A stretch of 64,000 bases of DNA, taken from the IMG/VR virus record IMGVR_UViG_3300020432_000004; one strand, written 5' to 3'. Source of the stretch: a virus. Lineage: Duplodnaviria > Caudoviricetes. Position numbers and translations under genes: made by a program. Below are positions 1 through 10,058 of this stretch, piece by piece (position 1 is the first letter of the stretch; the number at the start of each line of letters is the position of its first letter). A model generated the notes under the pieces. The model worked only from the letters and a program-made list of their open reading frames with translations, was not told the DNA's origin and made no database searches.

Positions 1-1035
1 GAAAGATATGGAGACACAATGCCAGAGGGTGCCTTTGGTATTGGATCTAAGAAGACAGATACAGCAAAGAAGAAAAAGGCTTGGTGGAATCCATTTGGTT
101 TTGAAACTGGTGGTAAATTATTAAGAAGGTTACCTCGACTAAACACCAAGCAGTTCTTCTTTGGTAGGATATTCAGAGGTGTTACTAAAGCAATTAGTGG
201 TGTAGTTAAAGGTGTTACTAACGTTGTAAAAAGTGTAGTTAGTTCACCTATCGGTAGTATTTTAGGAACTATTGTTCCAATAGTATTTCCTCCTGCTGCA
301 CCATTTATAGGTGCTGTTCGTGCTATAGGTGCTGCTGCATCTGGTGATATATTTGGTGCAATTACTGGTGGTATCGGTGCTCTAGGTGGTATGTTCCCTG
401 GTACTTTTGGTGGTGTTGCAGATAAGTTTGGTAACTTCATGTCTAATAATCCATTTGGTAAAGCATTAGGTGGGTTTATGCAGGGAGGTATTGGTGGAGC
501 ATTAGGTGGATTGATGGGCGGTCTTGGATCAATATTACCAGAAGGTGTATCAGGAATGCTTAATAAGTTCGGTGGGTTCATGAAAAAGTTCCCAGCCGTA
601 GGTGGACTCATTGGTATGATACCTGGTGTTGCTAACGTACCAGGTTTGTCTCAGTTATTTGGTTTAGATTCCTTTGGTCCTCATGGTTTCTCACCAATGG
701 GATTGATAGGTAACATTGCAGACAGTATGGGATTTGGTGGACTGTTTAGAACTATCACAGGTATGATGGGAGCAGGTGGTCCTGGTGGACTCGTTAACGG
801 TCTAAGAAATATGGCAGCTGAATTAGGTGTCAAACCAGAGGTGCTTGGTATCATGTCACAAACTGCAAAGTCTATGAGTAATAAGAAAGGTGGTATGTCA
901 AGAGAGTATGCTATGCAGTCATCACTTGAGTTCATACCAGTTCCTATGTTACTAGAGAAGTTGGTAGAGATTCAAACACCTGTTCCTATACCTAGGATGG
1001 TACCTGTTCCAATGCCACAACCTGCTCAAGCATAA
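1..1035 (+). CDS. Gly-rich virion protein (tape-measure/baseplate-hub region), 5' end probably upstream of the window
   Basis: Frame is open from base 1; Gly/Met-rich amphipathic repeats and a Pro-rich C-terminal tail (PVPIPRMVPVPMP); lies upstream of the hub genes. Confidence 0.55.
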   Translation, partial: ERYGDTMPEGAFGIGSKKTDTAKKKKAWWNPFGFETGGKLLRRLPRLNTKQFFFGRIFRGVTKAISGVVKGVTNVVKSVVSSPIGSILGTIVPIVFPPAAPFIGAVRAIGAAASGDIFGAITGGIGALGGMFPGTFGGVADKFGNFMSNNPFGKALGGFMQGGIGGALGGLMGGLGSILPEGVSGMLNKFGGFMKKFPAVGGLIGMIPGVANVPGLSQLFGLDSFGPHGFSPMGLIGNIADSMGFGGLFRTITGMMGAGGPGGLVNGLRNMAAELGVKPEVLGIMSQTAKSMSNKKGGMSREYAMQSSLEFIPVPMLLEKLVEIQTPVPIPRMVPVPMPQPAQA

Positions 1036-1041
1036 TAAATA
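1035..1041 (+). promoter_or_regulatory. T4-type late promoter (ATAAATA)
   Basis: ATAAATA just before the ATG at 1047. Confidence 0.55.
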
Positions 1042-1046
1042 TACAT

Positions 1047-4000
1047 ATGGCGATATCTAAAGATACCAAAATAAATGTTTATAAGTTAATCTCTCCAAAT
1101 ATTGCGAAGGGTGCTGCGGCTGGTGCTGCCGATAAAGCATCAGCATCTTATCAGATGAAGAGCATTGAAGCATATAATAATCTTGGAGCATGTATTAATT
1201 CTATTGGTGGTGTTGTTGCTGATATAAAAAAGATAGAACTAAAAAGATTAGAAGACGAAAAGAAAAGACTAAGAGATACATTTGATCCCAAGTATACTAA
1301 GATAGAGAAACCTAAGTTCGTATCATTTGTTAATGAGTTTGTAGGTAGGAACGCACCTAATTTCTTAAAAGGTTTACTACAAATTCTTAGTGGGTTTATT
1401 AAACTAGCAATAATAAAACCTGCGTTAGAATGGTTGTCGGATAAACGGAACCAACAAAAGATAGTCAATGCTATTGAAGCAATTTACAAAGCGTTTAAAT
1501 GGATCAGTAATTTTATACAGAAACGGATCGGAGGAATAGTTGACGGGTTGTATGATCTCTTACGGGATGATGCTACATGGTGGGAACGACTAACTGGATT
1601 TGCTAGGTCATTTGTAAACTTAGGTGCTATCTTTGTAGGAATAAGATGGTTAACTAATCCTGTTAAGTTGATTAAAGATGTTAGGTTTGTACTAACAACA
1701 TTCTATAGATCATTAACTAGATTTTCTAAAGGATTAAAAACAAGAGGAAGATTTCCTGGTGGTTGGAAAGGTAAAGCATTAGGTGCAACCATTGCAGTTG
1801 GCACAACTCTTTGGGGTGCTAATAAGATCAAACAGATGGGTGCTGATGATGAAGCTGATGAAGAGATGTCAACAGGTGGTTACCGTCAGGCACCATTAAA
1901 AAAAGTATTACCTGGTTTTGCTACTGGTGGTTGGATCTCTGGTCCTGACTCAGGTTATCCTGTGTCTACAAGTCCTGGTGGTGGTAGTCCTGAGTTTATC
2001 GGTCATGGAACTGAGTATGTAGCGAAGAAAAATACTGGTGAGAGTTTTGTTATACCATTTAATAACTTTGCTACACGACAATTACCTGGTCTTACTGAAG
2101 CAAACTTAATCCAAGCAAAGCAGCTTGGGTTTGACATGCCACGACTTAGTGACAAACAATTCTTCTTAGGTAAGATGTTTAGCGGTATCAAATCTGGTAT
2201 CGGTAATATGTTTAAGAACACTAGTCTTGGAGGGACTAGTGGCATAGGACCTGTAGCAAACGGATCATCCTATGGTGCGATGCTAAAGGGAGCATCAATG
2301 GGCATAGACTACAAGAATGGTCGTGCAACAATGGGATCTGTCTTAAAGTCCCCACTCCTTACAAACGTAATAGGTAATGTATTTGGTGGTAAAGCAGGTA
2401 ATATTGCAGGTACATTACAGACTGTCTTTGGTGGTGGAGGTAGTGGTGAAGGTGGCAAGGCAACCTTCGGGGACATCCTCAAAGGTGGTATTAATATAGC
2501 AAGTCAGTTCATGAAACCAGGTAGCAAAGCAGCTAACTGGATGAGTACTCTCGGTGGTCTTGGTATGACAATGTTCGGACCAGGCACTGAGGGAATGACC
2601 TTCGGTCAAAGACTTGGACATCTTGGTAGAGATTTCCTTGGCAAGATGGCAAACAATATGGGTGGTCCTCTTGGTAATATCATGGGAACCATGATGGGTT
2701 CAGATGGTGGAGGAATGAACCAAGCATTAGGTAATGTTCTCGGTGCATCTGTAGGTGGAGGAGGAGCTGGTGGTCAAGGTGTAGATCAAAAACTTGTAGG
2801 TGGTGGACAACAGGCAGTAGTAGAGGCAGGTCGTGGATTCTTGAACCAAGGATACACAGTTTATAATCATAAAAACTTTAAGAATAATAGATGGAGAAAA
2901 GGACCTCCTAATAGATCAGGATACGATCCATCTGGTAAACAAAGAAGAGGTAGAGGTGGTTTATATTCTAAGAACCTAGCATTTGATGTCAGTTGGCACG
3001 GTAAAGGTGATAAGACATCTAAGTTACAGATGGTTGCTGATCAAGCGTACGGTAATAGAAGAGGATTAAAATTAACTTCTATCATTGGTAACAAGTGGGG
3101 TAAATGGATCTTTGGTCGTGATAAGAAGGCACCAGGTTCTCATGGTGTAAGAAATAAGATCCAGTTTGGTTTCGGTGACAATCAGGTTGCAGGGTCAGGC
3201 AACATTGGTATGAGTGGAAGTGACCTAGAGCAAATGAAGACTGTCATAGCTCAGTCATCTGGTGGTGATCCAAAACAGATGGCAATTATGGCTAGATCCA
3301 TAATGAATCAGGCAGGTGTAATTGATCAAGGAGCAGGTGCTAACTTCGGTGGTGCACAAACTATGGGTGATATCCTTAGTAAGATTCAAGGTTCATTCAA
3401 TCCAGACGCTCAACTATCACCTTCTCTATCTAATAAAGCATCAGCAGCGATCTTTAAAGCAAGTGATACTAACTGGATGACCTCTATGTTAGGAGGAGAA
3501 GGATACTCTGAGCCTCAAACAATGGCACTGTTGAACTCTACAACGTTTAAGAACACTGGAATATACAATAAGGGTGACGACTCATCACAAATAAAATTTG
3601 GAGAGACTGTCTTTAGTACTGAGGGTAATAAGTTCTTCAATGATTACATGAAGAACACTGATTTAGGTGTAGCAAATGGGGAGAACCCAATGTTCCCTAG
3701 CACAAAAGAAACTTCTACTAAAGCATATCAAAAGAATAAAAGAGGTAGTGCTTTCCAATCTAGCACTAACTATGGTGGTGGTCAGACTGGTGCATCATCA
3801 GGTAATGCATCATCAGGTAGTATATTAGGCACACCCTCTGGTGGACAACAGAAACAGGGTAATAATCAATCTCAAGAAAGACAAGAAGCGTATGCTCTTA
3901 AGAAGGTATATAGTGATAGATCATATGCAAGAGAGCAGATCACAGAGAGAACAAGGAGACTTGTTGCTGAAACTATGGCTGCTGTTGAAGCACATAACGC

Positions 4001-4148
4001 ATCAGTAAGAGCAAACGTTGCAGCTGCAGCATCCGCAGTTGAAAGGTTGAAGTCAGGTGGTGGAGGAATGCGAGGTCTAATGGGTGCCAAGGCATCATTA
4101 AATGCTGCCAACTTACAAAGTAATTTCAGTGTCGCTAAGTTTGCCTAA
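1047..4148 (+). CDS. Tape-measure/baseplate-hub-like protein with degenerate peptidoglycan-hydrolase-like domains
   Basis: 1033 aa; helical N-terminus, FATGGWISGPDSGYPV motif typical of phage tape-measure-like proteins, Gly-rich linkers; context. Confidence 0.55.
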   Translation: MAISKDTKINVYKLISPNIAKGAAAGAADKASASYQMKSIEAYNNLGACINSIGGVVADIKKIELKRLEDEKKRLRDTFDPKYTKIEKPKFVSFVNEFVGRNAPNFLKGLLQILSGFIKLAIIKPALEWLSDKRNQQKIVNAIEAIYKAFKWISNFIQKRIGGIVDGLYDLLRDDATWWERLTGFARSFVNLGAIFVGIRWLTNPVKLIKDVRFVLTTFYRSLTRFSKGLKTRGRFPGGWKGKALGATIAVGTTLWGANKIKQMGADDEADEEMSTGGYRQAPLKKVLPGFATGGWISGPDSGYPVSTSPGGGSPEFIGHGTEYVAKKNTGESFVIPFNNFATRQLPGLTEANLIQAKQLGFDMPRLSDKQFFLGKMFSGIKSGIGNMFKNTSLGGTSGIGPVANGSSYGAMLKGASMGIDYKNGRATMGSVLKSPLLTNVIGNVFGGKAGNIAGTLQTVFGGGGSGEGGKATFGDILKGGINIASQFMKPGSKAANWMSTLGGLGMTMFGPGTEGMTFGQRLGHLGRDFLGKMANNMGGPLGNIMGTMMGSDGGGMNQALGNVLGASVGGGGAGGQGVDQKLVGGGQQAVVEAGRGFLNQGYTVYNHKNFKNNRWRKGPPNRSGYDPSGKQRRGRGGLYSKNLAFDVSWHGKGDKTSKLQMVADQAYGNRRGLKLTSIIGNKWGKWIFGRDKKAPGSHGVRNKIQFGFGDNQVAGSGNIGMSGSDLEQMKTVIAQSSGGDPKQMAIMARSIMNQAGVIDQGAGANFGGAQTMGDILSKIQGSFNPDAQLSPSLSNKASAAIFKASDTNWMTSMLGGEGYSEPQTMALLNSTTFKNTGIYNKGDDSSQIKFGETVFSTEGNKFFNDYMKNTDLGVANGENPMFPSTKETSTKAYQKNKRGSAFQSSTNYGGGQTGASSGNASSGSILGTPSGGQQKQGNNQSQERQEAYALKKVYSDRSYAREQITERTRRLVAETMAAVEAHNASVRANVAAAASAVERLKSGGGGMRGLMGAKASLNAANLQSNFSVAKFA

Positions 4149-4150
4149 TC

Positions 4151-5524
4151 ATGCCAATTAGTAGAAGTAATGTAGGAGAAATTGAATATCGTTTAAGTCT
4201 GTATAGAGATGGAGAACGTCTATCAAATACAGAGGGTGCTTTTAACTTGTACAATTTCTGTAGAGGATTTGAAATTCGTGAGAGAATTGATAGGTCTACT
4301 ATAGAAGCACAGTTTGTTTTTGAGGATGCTGCAGGTATCATCAACATGATGACAGGACATGAGGAATTGAAACTACAAATCACATCCTCTATTGTTGACA
4401 GGACATATAACTTTAGAATATACTGTGTTCACTCACGTTCTAGGACTAACAATTCTAATGATGCATTCCTAGTGGAGGCATGTTCTACAGAGTTTATAAC
4501 TAACGAGTCTGTTAGTGTCTTTGGTCAATCAGAAGTAATATTCCAAAATCCAGAAGCAAGTTCTATAGTAGAGAAACTATTAAAGGAAAGAAGATATCTC
4601 AACACTTCAAAGAAGGTATTTACTGAGGATACTATTAATAATCAAAAGTTTACTGCACCTAACTGGAGACCTATGGATACAATCTATTGGTTGGCACAGA
4701 GGAGTGTACGAAAGTCTAGAAAGGGTGGAGTATTACAAAATGGATTCTTATTCTATGAGAATGCTTTAGGTTATCATTTTAGATCCGTTGATGGTTTGAT
4801 TGATGATATTAATGATCAGACATTTGATAAGCAGACTAATAAAATTACAGGTAAACCAAGATGCTACAAGTATCACTACAGTCCTAAGAAAGTTGATAAC
4901 ACTGGTGCTGATGCCTTTACTATCTCTGGTATTACATTCCCAAGAGAGAAGCATCTCTTAGAACTGATGAGGGATGGTAGTTTCTCTGGTTTCTCAGTTG
5001 GATTTGATCCTGTAACTCTAGGGTCATCTAAGATGGGTTCTAGTACAGAGTTGACTACAGATGATCCTCACTATGAATTAGATGAGACATGGGATAAGAT
5101 GTCACACTTAGATGGTAAGAAAACTGTAAACCCATTGACTCAACTAGATCCATCAGTGCATAAGATGGTGTCGAAACCGAGAAGAATTAGGTATTCATTT
5201 TTACCAAATCAAACATTTGATCCTAAGTTTATAAACAATCCTCAAGCAAACTATCAAGAGTTGATAGACTTACAGGCATATCAGTTCATGAGACTGGAGT
5301 CATTAAAAAATATACAGTTAAAGATTACAATACCAGGCAACCTAGACTTGTATGCAGGTGGTGGAATAGATGTCATCATACCTGCTAACTTTAAATCTGG
5401 TAGACAAACACCATTAGACAGGAAATATAGTGGTAGATATTTGATATCGTCAGTGACTCATAACACAACAGGTACAGTTCTCTACACCGAACTAGACTTA
5501 CTTAAGGACTCTGTGTTAAGATAA
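4151..5524 (+). CDS. Baseplate hub protein (gp27-like)
   Basis: 457 aa; FLFYENALGYHFRSVD and C-terminal ITIPGNLDLYAG...YSGRYLISSVTH pattern of hub proteins; upstream of gp5. Confidence 0.65.
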   Translation: MPISRSNVGEIEYRLSLYRDGERLSNTEGAFNLYNFCRGFEIRERIDRSTIEAQFVFEDAAGIINMMTGHEELKLQITSSIVDRTYNFRIYCVHSRSRTNNSNDAFLVEACSTEFITNESVSVFGQSEVIFQNPEASSIVEKLLKERRYLNTSKKVFTEDTINNQKFTAPNWRPMDTIYWLAQRSVRKSRKGGVLQNGFLFYENALGYHFRSVDGLIDDINDQTFDKQTNKITGKPRCYKYHYSPKKVDNTGADAFTISGITFPREKHLLELMRDGSFSGFSVGFDPVTLGSSKMGSSTELTTDDPHYELDETWDKMSHLDGKKTVNPLTQLDPSVHKMVSKPRRIRYSFLPNQTFDPKFINNPQANYQELIDLQAYQFMRLESLKNIQLKITIPGNLDLYAGGGIDVIIPANFKSGRQTPLDRKYSGRYLISSVTHNTTGTVLYTELDLLKDSVLR

Positions 5525-5527
5525 ATA
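5521..5527 (+). promoter_or_regulatory. T4-type late promoter (ATAAATA) for cp12-cpeT
   Basis: ATAAATA overlapping the upstream stop, followed by a GGAG RBS and ATG 5551. Confidence 0.55.
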
Positions 5528-5550
5528 ATAGTATAGTAACGGAGTTAGCT

Positions 5551-5856
5551 ATGATTGAAACCGAATTTAAAGGTATCGGAGAAAATCCTCAAGCGAAAAG
5601 AACTCACGACCTTGACCATGAAGTCTACCTTGATCCTAAAGATGGTAAGGAGCATATTAATCATGGTATGTTAGAGTATACGAAGTCTGAACTCGAAGAA
5701 GTTCATGCAGACTATGCAAACTATCATAAAGATGATGTGATAGATCCTAATGAAGGAAGGATCAATGATTGGCACACTAGACATGAAGACAAGCATCTAG
5801 AAATTTACTGTGACAATCATCCAGACGCATTTGAGTGTCGTGTTTACGACGACTAG
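5551..5856 (+). CDS. cp12: CP12 Calvin-cycle regulator (phage auxiliary gene)
   Basis: Diagnostic C-terminus LEIYCDNHPDAFECRVYDD. Confidence 0.9.
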   Translation: MIETEFKGIGENPQAKRTHDLDHEVYLDPKDGKEHINHGMLEYTKSELEEVHADYANYHKDDVIDPNEGRINDWHTRHEDKHLEIYCDNHPDAFECRVYDD

Positions 5857-5870
5857 TTCTTTAGTTTGTA

Positions 5871-6317
5871 ATGATTTTTGATGAATATCTGTTAGGACAT
5901 TGGACTAACAGGTCACAAGCACAATCTAATCCCCATAAAGTTGCCCAGACAGAGGTGATCTGGGCAAAGGAAGGAGATTGGTATACCTCTTTGAATTTTT
6001 ACAGAGTAGATGGTCCTCACAAACCATATCGTAATAAAAAACACAAGATAGAAATAGTATCAGATAATTATGTCATCATGCAGAACTATAGACTAGATGG
6101 TTCTCGACATGAGGAATGTGATATGCATTTTAGATTTGAATCTGAACATTGGAGTGGAAAATTAGACAGCGATAAATGTCGAGGAGAGAAGGGGTACAGG
6201 GTTGTGTCAGAAATATATCTCTACGGAGAAAAGTTATTGTCAAGAGACAAGGGATTGAATCAACAGGGCAAGATGGTATGGGGTAGCGAAGAAATGTATA
6301 AGTTCGTCCGTATATAA
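5871..6317 (+). CDS. cpeT: CpeT/CpcT-type phycobiliprotein lyase
   Basis: GHWTNRSQAQSNP, PYR, and SRDKG...MVWGS...YKF motifs of T-type lyases. Confidence 0.85.
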   Translation: MIFDEYLLGHWTNRSQAQSNPHKVAQTEVIWAKEGDWYTSLNFYRVDGPHKPYRNKKHKIEIVSDNYVIMQNYRLDGSRHEECDMHFRFESEHWSGKLDSDKCRGEKGYRVVSEIYLYGEKLLSRDKGLNQQGKMVWGSEEMYKFVRI

Positions 6318-6471
6318 TTCGACCTTTGATTCCCATATAAGTCGAAAAAAAATTCGCCACATTTTTTCGCGTGTAAGGTTTTTTATATTACAAAAAACTG
6401 AAGAAAACCTTAAGACACTCGCGTTTGTGTGTATTTCAAGATAAAATAGAAGAGTAAATCAAATTAATGAC

Positions 6472-6765
6472 ATGAGTGGAGACACAGGAATGCATGAGCA
6501 ACCCTTAAAGTTTTACTCCGATCACATGTCTGAAGCTAAAAGAATCATTATCGAAAAAACCTATTCTTATCAGAATCAGACTGTGGCTAATTCGGAATTA
6601 TCCGATGAAGAGTGGATTGAGATGGTTGCCCTAAAACAAGCAATTAGCGAAAACCCCGCATCTGTACATCCTGATAAAATGGAGTATTATACAGAATTGG
6701 TGGTAAAGTCTGATGTGATGTATCAGACTAAACCTTGGAGGAAGGGAGGAGCGTTACAGGAATAA
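6472..6765 (+). CDS. Hypothetical cyanophage protein
   Basis: 97-aa ORF; ALKQAISENPASVHPDKMEY motif. Confidence 0.7.
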   Translation: MSGDTGMHEQPLKFYSDHMSEAKRIIIEKTYSYQNQTVANSELSDEEWIEMVALKQAISENPASVHPDKMEYYTELVVKSDVMYQTKPWRKGGALQE

Positions 6766-6787
6766 ATAACTAAAAAACTGCTTAAAA

Positions 6788-9133
6788 ATGAAGCTAGTTG
6801 ACGGTATACAGAACGAGAATACATCAGGGTTTGTCGGAAAGGACGGTTTCTTTTGGTGGGTTGGTGAAGTTGAGGATAACGAAGATCCGATGGAATTGGG
6901 TCGTGTAAAAGTTCGTGTTCTTGGTTATTACACCAATCTACAAGGAGCAACCATTGCAGACCTTCCAACTAGTGCTTTACCTTGGGCAACGGTATTACAA
7001 CATACCTCTCAGGCAGGTAATGATGGACAAGGGGAATCTACAGGACAGTTGCAAACTGGTGCTATTGTCATGGGTTTCTTTATGGATGGTGAAACTGCTC
7101 AAATGCCAATAGTTATTGGTGTTATGAGAGTCAAGAAATCTGAAGATACACGTAAAACACAGTCACTTGCCTTTACAGACCAAATTCCTGAGTTTGGAAC
7201 AGCACCTAATTCATCTGCTGTTCATCCTGCAGAGAAAAACACTAATAAACCAATACAACCATTAAGACAGAGTACACATAATAGTGTTGCATATCCTGGT
7301 CAAACTACTACAGAATCAGGTGGTGATGGATCACCAAAAAACATAGGTATTGATATTCACGGTAGTTCATATAATCCAATAAAACCATTAGACCCTACAA
7401 TGCCATTTCCTACTGCTAACGGTGTAGGAGGTGCTTGGAAGAGTTTAGAGTATAAAATGTCTTATCTAGTAGAGGATTTAGCACATACTACCTCTAGTTT
7501 GGTAAAAATCACAGATGGCAAGTATTTGGATATAGTTGTTGGTAAATACGTAAAAACAGAAGATTTAACAGTAAAAATAGATAATTTCTTGACAGTTATA
7601 TACTCTCAAGTCATTTCTGCTATGAGACAAGCAACATCTACGTTAGCAACTAGTTTGCAGGTAGAAGCGTTACAGTCAGATGCTACTGGAATACCATTTG
7701 CATCATATAACTCAATACACGAAGCAGCAGAGACTATATTAAAGTCATTATGTCTAATAGACGCTAATATTGACACTTACAAGAAAGAACCATTAGATGT
7801 AGTTACAAATTACATTTCTGTATGTTTAGGTAACATGCAGACAAAAGAAGAGTTAGTAAAACATACAGTTGACGCTGTTATTAAGAGTATAGTTGACGAA
7901 TCTACTAAAATTGTTAAAAATTTGAGTGATGTAGTAACTACTGTAAAAGATAAGGTAAAAACTACTAATGGATACAATATTATAACTGAGTGGGAGAAAG
8001 GAAGTGGTATATTTGAGTTAAGATCAGATTTATTCAGTCAAACTAGTACAAACCTAACTGGTTTAATGAAAATCTTACTAAAGTTCCGTTCTAGTGATTG
8101 TAATAGAGTTGCTAGTGGAAAAGACCTAATTGGTTGGTTCCCTCTATTTGGTTGCACTCGTTTAACAGGAAAAGACTTAGATAGTATCAATACAATAAGA
8201 GGAGATGACTTATTTGGATCTATGTTTAAGGAAGCTGATCCAAACATGACATCTGCTAAAAGTCACATCAGTGGTGGTTATGATTTGCATCTAGGAACGC
8301 CAGGTCGTAAAGCGGACATTAGCAAGAAAGCAAATGGCACAACTCATACTTCTATAACCTTTAATAATGCTCATCTTTATGAAAAGAAAATAAGAGATGA
8401 ATTAAGAAAGGCAGTTGATTATGAATCTCTATCAGATGAAGTTATAGAGGCAAAAGTCTCTGAATATGTTAATGAATCCACTAATCAAGAAGGTGATACT
8501 GGTTCTTTAGTGGCAGATCATATATCATATGCAGGAGTACTAACTCAAGAAGTTCATGGTGATGACTGTAAAATCGTAAATAAAGATTATGTTCGTAATA
8601 TTGAAGGTGATTATCTACTAAAAATAACTGGTAATTGTCATATTGAAGTAGGAGGAGGATTTTACTTAGGTGCAGAGGGAGGAACACATAAACATGCTCT
8701 TAGATTTGGATCTGACGTTGATATGAATGTTGTAGGATCTAAATTTGAACTACAAGGGACAGAATGTAAGTTAGGATCAATGTCTACTAAGATTACTGGT
8801 AGTATATTTGAGAACTCTTCTTATCAGCAGACTATGAGTGGTATGGAGATTACCATGTCAGCAGAAAACTCTATAGAAATGGTGACACCTCATATACTTC
8901 AGTTAATCAATATAGAACAAAGCGAGACACCTAAAAAAGTCACAGGTATTAGGACAGTTATCAATGGTGGATATGAGACCATAATCAACCCAGTAGTACT
9001 AGAAAACTGGAAAGTGAACCTTTCTTCTACCGCTAGCTTGTATAACAATACCATTACCAACGGTAGATTCAGCATCGTTACGCCAAACTCAACCAATCAA
9101 AATACTGTCACAGGCAACTTGACCCTAGAGTAG
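6788..9133 (+). CDS. gp5: Baseplate hub subunit gp5 (N-terminal OB fold, C-terminal beta-helix; no lysozyme domain recognised)
   Basis: FFWWVGEVEDNEDPMELGRVKVRVLGY...LPWA...VMGFFMDGETAQMPIVIG gp5 OB-fold signature; ATAAATA promoter at about 6762. Confidence 0.88.
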   Translation: MKLVDGIQNENTSGFVGKDGFFWWVGEVEDNEDPMELGRVKVRVLGYYTNLQGATIADLPTSALPWATVLQHTSQAGNDGQGESTGQLQTGAIVMGFFMDGETAQMPIVIGVMRVKKSEDTRKTQSLAFTDQIPEFGTAPNSSAVHPAEKNTNKPIQPLRQSTHNSVAYPGQTTTESGGDGSPKNIGIDIHGSSYNPIKPLDPTMPFPTANGVGGAWKSLEYKMSYLVEDLAHTTSSLVKITDGKYLDIVVGKYVKTEDLTVKIDNFLTVIYSQVISAMRQATSTLATSLQVEALQSDATGIPFASYNSIHEAAETILKSLCLIDANIDTYKKEPLDVVTNYISVCLGNMQTKEELVKHTVDAVIKSIVDESTKIVKNLSDVVTTVKDKVKTTNGYNIITEWEKGSGIFELRSDLFSQTSTNLTGLMKILLKFRSSDCNRVASGKDLIGWFPLFGCTRLTGKDLDSINTIRGDDLFGSMFKEADPNMTSAKSHISGGYDLHLGTPGRKADISKKANGTTHTSITFNNAHLYEKKIRDELRKAVDYESLSDEVIEAKVSEYVNESTNQEGDTGSLVADHISYAGVLTQEVHGDDCKIVNKDYVRNIEGDYLLKITGNCHIEVGGGFYLGAEGGTHKHALRFGSDVDMNVVGSKFELQGTECKLGSMSTKITGSIFENSSYQQTMSGMEITMSAENSIEMVTPHILQLINIEQSETPKKVTGIRTVINGGYETIINPVVLENWKVNLSSTASLYNNTITNGRFSIVTPNSTNQNTVTGNLTLE

Positions 9134-9148
9134 TTCTTGTGCTAGTAT
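9089..9148 (+). promoter_or_regulatory. Palindrome-promoter element (outlying copy)
   Basis: TCAACCAAT-caaaat-ACTGTCACA (9089-9112), TTGACC at 9119, TAGTAT at 9143, then an AAAGGAG RBS. Confidence 0.6.
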
Positions 9149-9169
9149 AGATATATCAAAGGAGTAACA

Positions 9170-9367
9170 ATGTTTGAAGATCTCAACGAAATTTATCTAG
9201 CACATGTTTTCGTAAACATTGCAAAGAGACAAATCAAGATCATTTCTGAAGATGGTTATGAGGACACAGTTACTTGGAAATTCGATGCCGAAGGTGCCGA
9301 AGGTTTCGCAGACACTACAACTGCGATGATTGAATCACTTGATAAAGAAATGTTGACTGTTTTCTAA
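9170..9367 (+). CDS. Hypothetical protein
   Basis: 65 aa with a strong RBS. Confidence 0.75.
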   Translation: MFEDLNEIYLAHVFVNIAKRQIKIISEDGYEDTVTWKFDAEGAEGFADTTTAMIESLDKEMLTVF

Positions 9368-9585
9368 TGACTGACTTTCAAGAAATAACTGAAGAGGAAG
9401 CGGTAGACCAACTACCCTTCCTTTTAACAATGTGTGAGAGGAATAGAACTGTTTGGAAGATCAAACGGAAAGATGGTTCTGTAGCAATTCTTTCTCCTGT
9501 AAAACAATCAGGTCCTCCAGTAGACCCAGAGGTTCTATCAGTTGTTGAAGAATTTCGTAAGAGTATGGTTCTAGAACAACAATGA
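9367..9585 (+). CDS. Phd/YefM antitoxin-like small DNA-binding protein (putative)
   Basis: ITEEEAVDQLPFLLTMCERNRTVWKIKRKDGSVAILSPV follows the Phd N-terminal pattern. Confidence 0.45.
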   Translation: MTDFQEITEEEAVDQLPFLLTMCERNRTVWKIKRKDGSVAILSPVKQSGPPVDPEVLSVVEEFRKSMVLEQQ

Positions 9586-10058
9586 TTGATGTTATTGATG
9601 ATTTTTTTGAAGAGAGTGTACATCAACGATTGTATAACTTTTGCTTGAGAGCAAGTTATCGTTATGGTGAATGTGATGCATATGGTTTACCACCAGTAGG
9701 TATGGTTTCGGATATTCTACCTAACGGACATAAAAGTCCATATGATTTATTTGAAGAGTCTATAGAAAGAGAATTTAATATTTGCGATTTACCTTATAGG
9801 ATGTATATTAATTTGTTTGCACCTAATGAGCAACCATTTTGGCACTCAGATGGTCAAACTGGATATACATTTTTATATTATCCTAACTTAGAGTGGAATG
9901 AAAACGATTTAGGAGAAACACAGTTTCTTATTGATGGTGAAATTAAGGGTATTCTTCCTAAACCTAATAGAATGCTTGGATTTGATGCTGATTTACTTCA
10001 TAGAGCAACTACATTTAGAGATAAACATCGCTTTACTATTGCTATCAAGTACTCATGA
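9582..10058 (+). CDS. 2OG-Fe(II) oxygenase
   Basis: HSD...HRA...RFTIA facial triad and 2OG-binding Arg. Confidence 0.85.
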   Translation: MIDVIDDFFEESVHQRLYNFCLRASYRYGECDAYGLPPVGMVSDILPNGHKSPYDLFEESIEREFNICDLPYRMYINLFAPNEQPFWHSDGQTGYTFLYYPNLEWNENDLGETQFLIDGEIKGILPKPNRMLGFDADLLHRATTFRDKHRFTIAIKYS

